This document shows, piece after piece, positions 21,854-33,604 of a stretch of 42,200 bases of DNA. The first letter of the stretch is position 1. Every line of letters begins with the position of its first letter. Source of the stretch: an uncultured Clostridia bacterium (lineage in GTDB: Bacteria; Bacillota; Clostridia; TANB77; CAG-508); NCBI GenBank assembly GCA_944387455.1, contig CALXEY010000003.1, positions 1-42,200 on the forward strand, given 5' to 3'. A model generated the notes under the pieces. That model saw nothing but the letters and a program-made list of their open reading frames with translations, ran no database searches and had not been told where the DNA came from. The position numbers and the translations under genes are program-made.

Positions 21854-22447
21854 TTAAATTATCTCATCTATATATTTCCAAATATCGTCTTTGTAAATTT
21901 TCCTTTCTGAAGAAAAAGGAAAAGTAGGAATATCACCAATTGGGTTTAATTCCTTTTGTAAGGCTTTAACAGTATCATTAACTTTAGTAATAGCAATTTT
22001 ATCGGCTTTATTTGCTAAAATAATAAAAGGAAGTTTTGAAGAAATTATATAATTATACATAAGTTTATCATTTTCAGTAGGAGAGTGCCTAATATCTATT
22101 AAAAATATAATTAAAGAAATTTGTTTTCTATTAAATAGATACTCTTCAATAAAATTACCTACTTGTTCTTGTTCCTTTTTAGACATTTTACTAAAGCCAT
22201 AACCTGGTAAATCTACAAAATAGAATACATCATCTATATTATAAAAATTAATTTGTCTAGTCTTACCAGGTTCACTGCTTGTTCTTGCTAAACTTTTTCT
22301 ATTAATCATTGTATTTATAAAACTTGATTTACCAACATTAGACTTGCCAACTAAAACAATTTCAGGTAAATTATTTTTAGGATATTGTTTAGGGCTAACT
22401 GCTGATATTTCAAATTTAGGGTTTTTAACTAACATATTATACTCCAT
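21854..22447 (-). CDS. engB: Ribosome biogenesis GTPase YsxC/EngB
   Basis: GKSNVGKSSFIN, TSSEPGKTRQINF, DLPGYG, NKADK. Confidence 0.95.
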   Translation of the reverse strand: MEYNMLVKNPKFEISAVSPKQYPKNNLPEIVLVGKSNVGKSSFINTMINRKSLARTSSEPGKTRQINFYNIDDVFYFVDLPGYGFSKMSKKEQEQVGNFIEEYLFNRKQISLIIFLIDIRHSPTENDKLMYNYIISSKLPFIILANKADKIAITKVNDTVKALQKELNPIGDIPTFPFSSERKIYKDDIWKYIDEII

Positions 22448-22593
22448 TTTATTATTATTTTTTCTTTTTTTCTTTTCTTTTTCTCTTGTTTTTCTATTTT
22501 TTGTTTTTTATCGTTCTTTATTTTTCTCTTGTTCTTTTTTTATCTTTATTTTTTTGTTCTTTTTTGTCTTTGCTATTTTTTATTTTTTATTTC

Positions 22594-23880
22594 TTATTTC
22601 TTTACCTCAATCTTATCTAAACCACCCATATAAGGTCTTAAAACTTCTGGAATTGTTACACTACCGTCTGGTTTATAATTGTTTTCCATAATAGCAATAA
22701 GCATTCTAGGTGGAGCAACAACAGTATTGTTTAAAGTATGTGCAAAATAATTACCTTTTTCACCTTTAATTCTAATACCAAGTCTACGAGCTTGAGCATC
22801 TGTTAAATTAGAACAACTACCAACTTCAAAGTATTTCTTTTGTCTTGGAGACCAAGCTTCAACATCACAAGATTTTGCTTTTAAATCAGCCAAATCACCA
22901 GAACAACACTCTAAAGTTCTAACAGGTATATTCATACTTCTAAAGAATTCAACAGTATATTGCCACATTTTATCATACCAATTCCAACTATCTTCTGGTT
23001 CGCAAACAACAATCATTTCTTGTTTTTCAAATTGATGTATTCTATATACACCACGTTCTTCTAAACCGTGAGAACCTTTTTCTTTTCTAAAACAAGGAGA
23101 ATAAGATGTCATTGTATATGGCATATCTTCTTTTTTTAGAATTTGGTCTTTAAACTTACCAATCATAGAATGTTCAGATGTACCTATTAAATATAAATCT
23201 TCACCTTCAATTTTATACATCATAGCGTCCATTTCTTCAAAACTCATAACACCTGTAACAACATCAGAACGTATCATATAAGGTGGTATACAATAAGTAA
23301 AGCCTTTATTAATCATAAAATCTCTAGCATATGTTAAAACTGCAGAGTGTAGTCTTGCAATATCACCAACTAAATAATAAAAACCTTGACCTGCAACTCT
23401 TCTGCTACTTTCTAAATCTAAACCACCTAAGGCTTCCATAATATCACTATGATGTGGTATTTCATAATCTGGAACAACAGGTTCACCAAATTTTTCAATT
23501 TCAACATTTTCACTATCATCTTTGCCAATTGGAACAGATTTGTGCATAATGTTTGGTATTTTCATCATTTTTTGTTTAATTTCTTCCGCATAAGTATGTT
23601 CTAGTTTTTCATTTTCTTCTAATTTAGAATTAACTTCATTTACCTTTGCTTTAATAATTTCAGCTTCATCTTTTTTACCTTGTCTCATTAAATTACCAAT
23701 TTCATTACTTAAAGACTTTCTCTCAGCTCTTAAATTATCACCATTAACTTGAGCTTTTCTATTCTTAACATCTAAATCTAAAACTTCATCAACTAAAACA
23801 AGTTTCTCATCTTGGAATTTTTTCTTAATATTTTCCCTAACTAAATCAGGGTTTTCTCTTAACAATTTAATATCTATCAT
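22594..23880 (-). CDS. serS: Serine--tRNA ligase
   Basis: MIDIKLLRENPD, LIGTSEH, CFRKEKG, RIHQFEKQE, EVGSCSN, HTLNNT; ATG 23880 follows AAGGAGG. Confidence 0.96.
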   Translation of the reverse strand: MIDIKLLRENPDLVRENIKKKFQDEKLVLVDEVLDLDVKNRKAQVNGDNLRAERKSLSNEIGNLMRQGKKDEAEIIKAKVNEVNSKLEENEKLEHTYAEEIKQKMMKIPNIMHKSVPIGKDDSENVEIEKFGEPVVPDYEIPHHSDIMEALGGLDLESSRRVAGQGFYYLVGDIARLHSAVLTYARDFMINKGFTYCIPPYMIRSDVVTGVMSFEEMDAMMYKIEGEDLYLIGTSEHSMIGKFKDQILKKEDMPYTMTSYSPCFRKEKGSHGLEERGVYRIHQFEKQEMIVVCEPEDSWNWYDKMWQYTVEFFRSMNIPVRTLECCSGDLADLKAKSCDVEAWSPRQKKYFEVGSCSNLTDAQARRLGIRIKGEKGNYFAHTLNNTVVAPPRMLIAIMENNYKPDGSVTIPEVLRPYMGGLDKIEVKK

Positions 23881-23892
23881 AATAACCTCCTT

Positions 23893-23940
23893 GGAGACGT
23901 TTCCTTTGCGACCTTTTAGTCGCATTCGGGACACATCTTT
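23893..23940. repeat. ~47-bp palindromic intergenic repeat, copy A
   Basis: GGAGACGTTTCCTTTGCGACCTTTTAGTCGCATTCGGGACACATCTTT; TGCGAC/GTCGCA stem. Confidence 0.85.
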
Positions 23941-24199
23941 AATTTAAATAATTTTTCTCAATATCATTTACTAATTCAAATCTTACTTTTTGACCTGTTA
24001 TATTATCACTTCTTTCAGGAATTTGTTCTAGAAACATTTTCTCAGGTCTAACCCAAATATTTCTATTATCTTCTCTTTCATATAAAGGTTTATAAACAAC
24101 CAGTCTTTCTTTTGTTTCCGAGTCATATGCAATATTTTCTACAAAATAATAATTACCTTTAAAATGTCTGTAAACTCTACCAATTTTAACCTCTTCCAT
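23939..24199 (-). CDS. DUF1653-family protein
   Basis: GRVYRHFKGNYY...DSETKERLVVYKPLY...WVRPEKMF...RFE; ATG 24199 follows AAGGAGG. Confidence 0.85.
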   Translation of the reverse strand: MEEVKIGRVYRHFKGNYYFVENIAYDSETKERLVVYKPLYEREDNRNIWVRPEKMFLEQIPERSDNITGQKVRFELVNDIEKNYLN

Positions 24200-24349
24200 T
24201 AATTGCCTCCTTCTTAAATATGTAAACATTATACAGTATTTTATGAAAAATGGCAATAAAAAGATAAAAAACACTTTAAAAATTAAATAAAACGTGATAT
24301 AATCAATAACTGGTAAAGATAAAATTAAATTTAAGGAGTTGATTTTAAT

Positions 24350-25303
24350 ATGAAAAAAGGAAAAGTAGTTTTAGTAGGAACAGGTATGGTAGGTATGAGT
24401 ATGGCATATTCAATGCTTAACCAAGGAGGAGTAAATGAATTAATATTAATAGATATTGACAAAGACAAAACAAAAGGTGAAGAAATGGACTTATCACACG
24501 GGCTTCCATATGCACCTCAAAAAATGGTAATAAAAGCAGCTGATTATGATGAGTGTAAAGATGCACAAGTTGTAGTAATAACAGCAGGAATTGCTCAAAA
24601 ACCAGGACAAACAAGATTAGAGTTAGCAGAAGTAAATGCAAAAATTATGAAACAAATAACAGAAAGTATAATGGCAAGTGGTTTCAATGGAATAATTATA
24701 GTAGCAAGTAACCCAGTTGATTTAATGACATATGTAGTATCAGAAGTATCTGGACTTCCAAAAAATAAAGTAATAGGTTCAGGAACAGTGCTAGATACAG
24801 CAAGACTACGTTATATAATGGCAGATTATTTAAAAATATCTAGTAAAAATATACACGCATATATTATGGGAGAACACGGAGACTCATCATTTGTACCTTG
24901 GAAACACGCATATGTAGGTTGTAAGAGAATAGCAGATGTTATGAAAGATAATCATCACCCAATGGAAGATTTAGAAAAAATACATAAAGATGTTGTAGAT
25001 GCAGCATATGAAATAATAGAAAAGAAAAAAGCTACATATTATGGAATAGGTATGGCGTTAAATAGATTAGTAAAAGCAGTATTAAATAATGAAAATTCTA
25101 TTTTAACAGTATCAACATATCTAAAAGACGGGCAATATGGACAAGATGATATATATATTGGAGTTCCAGCAGTAATAAACAGTACAGGTGTAAGAGAATT
25201 ACTAGATTTAGATTTAGCAGAAGAAGAGCAAGCAAAATTAGATGAAAGTTGTAGAGTACTAAAAGAAATGAGAAAACAATCAATAGATAAAATAATAAAA
25301 TAA
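24350..25303 (+). CDS. ldh: L-lactate dehydrogenase
   Basis: GTGMVG, AQKPGQTRLEL, SNPVD, GSGTVLDTARLR, GEHGDS, ATYYGIG. Confidence 0.95.
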   Translation: MKKGKVVLVGTGMVGMSMAYSMLNQGGVNELILIDIDKDKTKGEEMDLSHGLPYAPQKMVIKAADYDECKDAQVVVITAGIAQKPGQTRLELAEVNAKIMKQITESIMASGFNGIIIVASNPVDLMTYVVSEVSGLPKNKVIGSGTVLDTARLRYIMADYLKISSKNIHAYIMGEHGDSSFVPWKHAYVGCKRIADVMKDNHHPMEDLEKIHKDVVDAAYEIIEKKKATYYGIGMALNRLVKAVLNNENSILTVSTYLKDGQYGQDDIYIGVPAVINSTGVRELLDLDLAEEEQAKLDESCRVLKEMRKQSIDKIIK

Positions 25304-25380
25304 TAACACTTATTAAAATATGTTTGTATTTGAAGGGAGGAAGGCACTTTTTTATATAAATAGTTTGTGCCCAAAAAGTT

Positions 25381-27139
25381 ATGAAAGCAATAGAAATAAG
25401 AAAAAAGTATTTAGAATTTTTTAAAAAATATGGTCATGCAGTTATTCCATCAGCACCATTAATACCAGAAAATGACCCTTCTGTATTATTTACAACAGCA
25501 GGTATGCAACCATTAGTACCATATTTATTAGGGCAAAAACACCCAGAAGGAAAAAGATTAACAGATTATCAAAAATGTGTAAGAACAAATGATATAGATG
25601 AAGTAGGAGATAATAGACATTTAACATTTTTTGAGATGCTTGGAAACTGGTCTTTAGGAGACTATTTTAAAGATGAATCGATAGCAATGAGCTTTGAATT
25701 CTTAACTAAAGAATTAGAAATTCCAGTAGAAAAACTATATGTAACTTGTTTTGCAGGAGATGAGGACTGCCCAAGAGATGAAGTAGCAGCATCTGCTTGG
25801 AAAAAAGCAGGAATATTAGACGGTCATATATATTATTATGGAAAAAGTGATAACTGGTGGATAGCAGGAGAAGAAGGACCTTGTGGACCAGATACAGAAA
25901 TGTTTTATGATACAGGAAAGCCAAAATGTGGACCTGATTGTCAACCTTCTTGTGATTGTGGAAAATATGTAGAAATCTGGAATAATGTATTTATGGAATA
26001 TTTTAAAGATGAAAAAGGATATAGAAAATTAGAACAGAAAAACGTAGATACAGGACTTCGGACTAGAAAGAATGACAATGCTATTAGAAGGAAAAGAAAC
26101 ACCATTTGACACAGAATTATTTTCAGATGTAATGGATAAATTAAAAGAATTACAAAAAGAAGATTATATAGAAAGTAGAAGAATAGTAGCAGAACACTTA
26201 CGTTCAAGTATGATGATAATAGCAGACGGAGGAAGACCAAGTAATTTAGATAGAGGATATGTATTAAGAAGATTAATTAGAAGAATGATTCGTCATATGA
26301 ATAAATTACAAATAGACTTAAACGAGCTAAAAACACTAATAGATATAAATGTAAAAGCTTTAGGAGAAATGTATCCAGAATTGATAAAAAATAGAGAAAC
26401 AATAGAACAAGTAATAATAGAAGAAAAAGATAAATTTGTAAAAACATTAGCAAATGGAGAAAAAGAATTCAAAAAAGCAATAGAAAGATTAGAAAATAAA
26501 GAAAGTGGAGAAAGAATAATACCAGGAGAAGTGGTATTCAAATTATATGATACATATGGCTTTCCACCAGAAGTAACAGCAGAACTTGCAAAAGAAAATG
26601 GATATGAAATAGATATGAAAGCATTTAATGAATTATTTAAGAAACATCAAGAAAAATCAAGAGCAGGTTCAGAGCAAAAATTTAAAGGTGGTTTAGCAGA
26701 AACAACAGAAGAAACAATAAAATACCATACAGCAACACATTTATTAAATGCAGCAATAAAAAAAGTAATAGGAAAAGATGCACATCAAAGAGGTTCAAAT
26801 ATAACAGTAGACAGAATGAGATTTGATTTTAACTGTGACCATAAACTAACAGATGAAGAAAAGAAAAAAATAGAAGACTTAGTAAATGAGTGGATAAAAG
26901 AAGGTTTACCTGTAACAAAAGAAGAAATGAAAAAAGAAGATGCAATAAAATCAGGTGCAGAGTGTATGTTTATAGAAAAATACCCAGATATAGTAACAGT
27001 ATATACAATAGGAAATGTATCAAAAGAATTATGTGGAGGACCACACGTAAAAAACACAAGTGAACTTGGAACATTTAAAATAAAAAAAGAAGAATCAAGT
27101 TCATCAGGTGTAAGAAGAATAAAAGCAGTGTTACAATAG
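25381..27139 (+). CDS. alaS: Alanine--tRNA ligase, short form (~585 aa, no C-Ala domain); +1 frameshift at CGG 26059-26061
   Basis: [38 protein letters not shown] then +1 [35 protein letters not shown]. Confidence 0.94.
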
Positions 27140-27186
27140 GGACGTTTCTTTTGCGACCAAAAGGTCGCATTCGGGACACATCTTTA
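27139..27186. repeat. ~47-bp palindromic intergenic repeat, copy B
   Basis: GGGACGTTTCTTTTGCGACCAAAAGGTCGCATTCGGGACACATCTTTA; first G is the last base of the alaS TAG. Confidence 0.85.
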
Positions 27187-27205
27187 AAATAAAGGAGAGT
27201 TTATA

Positions 27206-27550
27206 ATGGAAGATTGTTTATTTTGTAAAATAATAAAAGGAGAAATTCCTTCAAATAAAGTATATGAAGATGAATATGTATATGCTTTCAAAGACATTGA
27301 ACCAGTAGCACCAGTTCACGTATTAATAGTTCCTAAGAAACATATTTCATCTTTAAATGAAGTATCAGAAGAAGATGAAGTTTTATTAGGAAAAATATTT
27401 ATTGCAATTAAGAAAATTGCAAAAGAATTAGGTGTAGAAAGTAAAGGCTATAGAGTAATAAATAATTGTGGGAAAGATGCCGGACAAACTGTTATGCATT
27501 TACATTTCCATTTAATTGCAGGGACAAAAATGGGTGAAAAATTATTATAA
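27206..27550 (+). CDS. hinT: Histidine triad (HIT) nucleotide-binding protein
   Basis: DCLFCKII, AGQTVMHLHFHLI. Confidence 0.93.
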   Translation: MEDCLFCKIIKGEIPSNKVYEDEYVYAFKDIEPVAPVHVLIVPKKHISSLNEVSEEDEVLLGKIFIAIKKIAKELGVESKGYRVINNCGKDAGQTVMHLHFHLIAGTKMGEKLL

Positions 27551-27553
27551 AAA

Positions 27554-27602
27554 AAATAAAGATAGAAAAATAAGAAAAAAATCTTTTTCTATCTTTATTT
27601 TT
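27554..27602 (+). terminator. Hairpin or terminator after the HIT gene
   Basis: AAATAAAGATAGAAAAA...TTTTTCTATCTTTATTT. Confidence 0.6.
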
Positions 27603-27656
27603 GTACTTATATATGTTATAATATAAGAAGTAGAGAAATGTACGGAGGTAAAAGAT

Positions 27657-28334
27657 ATGTTTGAGAGTAAATATAGTAAGGTATTAACAGTAGTGTTAAT
27701 AGTAGTAATAATTGCAATTTTAGGTTTGCTTGGTTTTCTAGCATTTAGTTTTTATAATAATTATGTAACAAAAAATGATGCAGCAGCATTTGTTGATGAC
27801 TTCAAAGGAGAAGTAAATGCAGATGAAAATACACAAGTAGGAGATGCTAATACAACAAATAATGGTGAAAACCCACTTGATCAAATTCAAAGTACAGGAA
27901 CAGGAAGTGGAAATTCAAACGAAAGACCAACCTTTAAAGGTTTTGGTGTTGTAGGAGCAATAGAAATACCAAAAACAAATTGTGAATATCCAATATTAGA
28001 CTCAGATGCAATGTCTCCAAAAGGACTAGAAACAGCAGTAATATTCCAATGGGGAGCAGGAATAAATCAAGTAGGAAACAGTGTAATAGTAGGACATAAT
28101 TATAGAAATGGAATGTTCTTCTCAAATAACAAAAGATTAAATGCAGGTGATAAAATATATGTAACTGATAATGCAGGTACAACATTAACATATACAATAT
28201 ATGATAAATTTGAAACAACAGTATCAGATACATCTTTCTATCAAAGAGACACAGCAGGAAAACCAGAAATAACATTATCAACTTGTACAGATGATAGTAG
28301 TGCAAGATTAATAATTTTAGCAAGAGTTGAGTAA
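27657..28334 (+). CDS. Sortase
   Basis: N-terminal TM; IEIPK, GHNY, ITLSTCT...R catalytic triad. Confidence 0.9.
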   Translation: MFESKYSKVLTVVLIVVIIAILGLLGFLAFSFYNNYVTKNDAAAFVDDFKGEVNADENTQVGDANTTNNGENPLDQIQSTGTGSGNSNERPTFKGFGVVGAIEIPKTNCEYPILDSDAMSPKGLETAVIFQWGAGINQVGNSVIVGHNYRNGMFFSNNKRLNAGDKIYVTDNAGTTLTYTIYDKFETTVSDTSFYQRDTAGKPEITLSTCTDDSSARLIILARVE

Positions 28335-28366
28335 TGATAAAATGCTACATAAATAAATTATAAATC

Positions 28367-30460
<2,094 letters not shown>

Positions 30461-30461
<1 letters not shown>

Positions 30462-30557
30462 GGACGTTTCATTTGCGACCAAAAGGTCGCATTCGGGACA
30501 CATCTATATAAGGATCTGTCCCTTTTGCGACTAAAAAGTCGCAAAGGAAACGTCCCC
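30461..30557. repeat. Inverted doublet of the ~47-bp repeat (copies C 30461-30505 and D 30513-30557), REPIN-like
   Basis: GGGACGTTTCATTTGCGACCAAAAGGTCGCATTCGGGACACATCT followed by GATCTGTCCCTTTTGCGACTAAAAAGTCGCAAAGGAAACGTCCCC. Confidence 0.85.
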
Positions 30558-30568
30558 AAGGAGGAATT

Positions 30569-30820
30569 ATGGAAGGTTATACTTTTGAGAAAATGTGGGT
30601 AGATTTAAGAGATGGTTATCAAATATATTATACTTATGTTGGAAATAGATATGTTTTATTTAAAACGGCTGATAATTGTTATACACAAAAATTATTAACA
30701 GAACATAAGAAAAACCCTCAACCACGTATGCTTATGCTAACTTTAAAAAGAGTAAAAGAAATGTTTCCACATATGGAAGATATAGAATACAAAATTGGAA
30801 CAGATAATATTGATATTTAA
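30569..30820 (+). CDS. Hypothetical protein
   Basis: 83-aa ORF with strong AAGGAGG SD and normal codon usage. Confidence 0.7.
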   Translation: MEGYTFEKMWVDLRDGYQIYYTYVGNRYVLFKTADNCYTQKLLTEHKKNPQPRMLMLTLKRVKEMFPHMEDIEYKIGTDNIDI

Positions 30821-30835
30821 AAATAAAGGAAATAG

Positions 30836-31666
30836 ATGATGAAAGAAATAATTTTTCCAGGATTAGGGTTAAATTTAAATGTTAATAGTGTAGCTTTAAA
30901 TATAGGAAATATAAATATTTATTGGTATGCTATTATTATTGTAAGTGCATTTATTATAGGTGTTTTATTTTGTAAAAAAGATGATGGAAAATATAATATT
31001 AAATTTGATAATATCTTAGAACTTATGATTATATTAATACCAATATCTATTATAGGAGCAAGAATTTTTTACGTAGTTTTTAAATTAGATTACTATATAC
31101 AGTATCCAGAGAATATATTAAATATTCGAGATGGAGGGCTTGCAATTTATGGCGGTATAATAGGTGTTATTATACCTATAATTATTTATTGTAAAAAGAA
31201 AAAAATAAATGTATTAGATATTACAGATTATTTAGTACCATATTTAGCATTGGGGCAAGCAATTGGAAGATGGGGAAATTTTTTTAATGTAGAAGCATAT
31301 GGGAGTGAAACAACCAGTATTTTTAGGATGGGAATAATAGAAAATGGAAGATATATAGAAGTTCATCCTACTTTTTTGTATGAGTCTATTTGTAATTTAA
31401 TTATATTTTTAATACTATACATATTAAGAAATAAAAGAAAATATAAAGGACAAATTACATATTTATATCTTGCTTTATATGGAATTGTTAGAGCTTTGAT
31501 AGAAGGTTTAAGAACAGATAGTTTAATGTTAGGAAACTTTAGAATATCACAGGTTTTATCAATAGTGCTATTTATAATATTTACTATAATTGTAATATTT
31601 AAAGAACTAAAATATAAAAAGGAAAAAAATAAAAATAGAAATGAAAAAATTAGAAATGAAATATAA
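30836..31666 (+). CDS. lgt: Prolipoprotein diacylglyceryl transferase
   Basis: IGARIFYV, GGLAIYGG, GQAIGRWGNFFN, HPTFLYES. Confidence 0.96.
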   Translation: MMKEIIFPGLGLNLNVNSVALNIGNINIYWYAIIIVSAFIIGVLFCKKDDGKYNIKFDNILELMIILIPISIIGARIFYVVFKLDYYIQYPENILNIRDGGLAIYGGIIGVIIPIIIYCKKKKINVLDITDYLVPYLALGQAIGRWGNFFNVEAYGSETTSIFRMGIIENGRYIEVHPTFLYESICNLIIFLILYILRNKRKYKGQITYLYLALYGIVRALIEGLRTDSLMLGNFRISQVLSIVLFIIFTIIVIFKELKYKKEKNKNRNEKIRNEI

Positions 31667-32147
31667 AAAAATATTTTTAATATTATTAGGAATAATAATT
31701 GTTTTTCTAGACCAAATAACTAAATATACTTTAATGGGAAAAAATTTAACAATTATTCCTAATATACTTAATTTTACATATACTGAAAATACTGGTGTGG
31801 CATTTGGAATAGGTGCAAATAATATATTTCTAACAATTATTGTAAATATTATAGTTTTAGGAGTTATTATAGATTGTATAAGAAAAAATCAAACAGACTT
31901 TAAAATTTTAATACCTCTAATTTTAATTTTCTCAGGTGGAGTTGGTAATTTAATAGATAGAATTTTTAGAGGATATGTTATTGATTTTATAGATATAAAA
32001 TTATTTAATTTTCCAAATTTTAATATTGCAGATATTTGTATAACTATTGGAATAATATTTTTAATAATTATTATTTTAAATTTAACAAAAAATGATACAA
32101 AAAATAAAAATTTTTCACAAAATGTTCACAAAATAGATTTTTTTTGA
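31641..32147 (+). CDS. lspA: Lipoprotein signal peptidase II
   Basis: LDQITK, NTGVAFG, GNLIDRIFRGYVIDFI, FNIAD; start may be 31656. Confidence 0.95.
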   Translation: MKKLEMKYKKIFLILLGIIIVFLDQITKYTLMGKNLTIIPNILNFTYTENTGVAFGIGANNIFLTIIVNIIVLGVIIDCIRKNQTDFKILIPLILIFSGGVGNLIDRIFRGYVIDFIDIKLFNFPNFNIADICITIGIIFLIIIILNLTKNDTKNKNFSQNVHKIDFF

Positions 32148-32359
32148 TATAATTTAAAAGAAAATAAAAAAAGAAAGTAGGAAAAAATAATGAAAAGTCT
32201 TGAAAGTCTTGTGGCTGTACACACACACACACACACACACACACAATATGTTTAAGTAATATAATTGCAAGAAATTGCAAGACTTTTTACGTGCCTAAAA
32301 ATATAAAGAACTTAGAATATAACTATTAATTATTATAGTTGTATTTTAAGTTCTTTTTT
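32125..32359 (+). promoter_or_regulatory. Promoter, leader ORF MKSLESLVAVHTHTHTHTQYV* (32190-32255) and long terminator-like hairpin (32305-32359)
   Basis: TTCACA-17-TATAAT with TG; 22-bp stem AAAGAACTTAGAATATAACTAT/ATAGTTGTATTTTAAGTTCTTT plus Ts. Confidence 0.55.
32219..32245. repeat. (AC)13 microsatellite
   Basis: Perfect dinucleotide run. Confidence 0.95.
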
Positions 32360-32390
32360 GCTTTCTAAAAACAAAAAGGGGGACTATAAG

Positions 32391-32876
32391 TTGAAAAAAA
32401 GATATTTTAAGTTAATGATTTTTTTGTGCATAATGATGTTTATACTTGTAGGTTGTGGAAATAAATCAGAAAACGAAAAGAAACAACAAGAAAGTAATGT
32501 ACTAGAAAATGAAACATCAAATCTAGAAGAAACAGAAAGTGTGATAAAAGCAGGAGACTATACTTTAGAATATGGAACATATATTGATAAATATGGAACG
32601 AAATATACTTTAAACAAAGATGGAACATTTAATTGTGAATCAACATCACTTCCTTATAATTCTGGAACAGGTATTTTTAAGGTGTTTTATTTTGAAGATA
32701 GTTTATGGGAATTTGATTATCCGGCTGATATAAGAGAGGGGTGGTATATAGGATTTAATCTTGATAGTAATAAAAAAGATGAGACAAAACCATGGTTGTT
32801 CGAAAATACATACAATATTGAAGGAAATAATGAATTTTATAATGCTCAAACAGATGAAATATGGACATTAGAGTGA
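32391..32876 (+). CDS. Lipoprotein, unknown function
   Basis: Lipobox LVGC; LEYGTY...TLNKDGTF shared with the 35937 gene; TTG start. Confidence 0.75.
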   Translation: MKKRYFKLMIFLCIMMFILVGCGNKSENEKKQQESNVLENETSNLEETESVIKAGDYTLEYGTYIDKYGTKYTLNKDGTFNCESTSLPYNSGTGIFKVFYFEDSLWEFDYPADIREGWYIGFNLDSNKKDETKPWLFENTYNIEGNNEFYNAQTDEIWTLE

Positions 32877-32931
32877 GGATAACAAAAGTAATTTAGAAAA
32901 AATAAAAAAGAAAATAGAAAGGGTGTAAAAA

Positions 32932-33603
32932 ATGAAGTTAATAAAAAGAATATTAATTTTAATAAATTTATCATTAATAATGTTAGTAAAAAACACATTT
33001 GCAGTAGAAAGTCCAGGTGAACTAAAAAGTATGTCATCAACAATGCAACCACTTATCATAATTCCAATAATATTTTGGGGAGTTGTAATTTTTCTTATAG
33101 TAAGAAAAGTTAAAAATGGAAAAGCATTAAATAAGGTTTTACAAGAAGAAAAAGAAGAATATTACAAAAAAGTTGGGGAAATGCCAAGAGAGGAACAATT
33201 TAAAGAATTAACAAATGTAGTAAGAACAATAATACATGAAGGATATCAAAGAAATCAAGGAAACTTAAGTAAAAGAGTATGTGCAATTTTACAAATAAAA
33301 ACTTGTGTAATTAAATATAAGTCATTATCTGCATTTAAAAAAGAAGGTTTACAAGATATTGTAAAAACAAGTAATCCTTATGAATTAATTGGCTTCCAAA
33401 GAATTTATCCAGATGGAAAAGTACAATGTACAGCAGTTCCAAATGTGAGTAAAATGTCAACTGAAAATGCTAATAGATTAAATGAACTTAATACCGGAGA
33501 TGAGTATACTCCGTTATATCCTACTACATATTCAGAATTAATAAAAAATAACCCAAGTATTGATGTAGTAGAATTAATAAAAACATTAGAAAGTAGGTGC
33601 TAA
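32932..33603 (+). CDS. Signal peptide plus TM hypothetical protein
   Basis: N-terminal signal (TFA-V) followed by a single TM. Confidence 0.7.
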   Translation: MKLIKRILILINLSLIMLVKNTFAVESPGELKSMSSTMQPLIIIPIIFWGVVIFLIVRKVKNGKALNKVLQEEKEEYYKKVGEMPREEQFKELTNVVRTIIHEGYQRNQGNLSKRVCAILQIKTCVIKYKSLSAFKKEGLQDIVKTSNPYELIGFQRIYPDGKVQCTAVPNVSKMSTENANRLNELNTGDEYTPLYPTTYSELIKNNPSIDVVELIKTLESRC

Positions 33604-33604
33604 G

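Noticed and set aside
22344..22691. Phe-rich 115-aa plus-strand ORF
   Set aside because: Antisense read-through of a low-complexity spacer overlapping engB and serS
23881..23934. N-terminal extension of SerS (MSRMRLKGRKGNVSKEVI)
   Set aside because: It is a translation of the repeat; the SD supports ATG 23880
23881..25380. T-box leaders for serS or alaS
   Set aside because: The intergenic spaces are too short and lack the T-box consensus
11006..27139. Calling recD2, the KAP NTPase, fbp, spoVT and alaS pseudogenes
   Set aside because: Each has one identical lesion and no other decay, and alaS is essential; random decay would not always place a C before a Gly codon
32071..32280. Minus-strand ORF with CVCVCV
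   Set aside because: Translation of the microsatellite antisense to lspA
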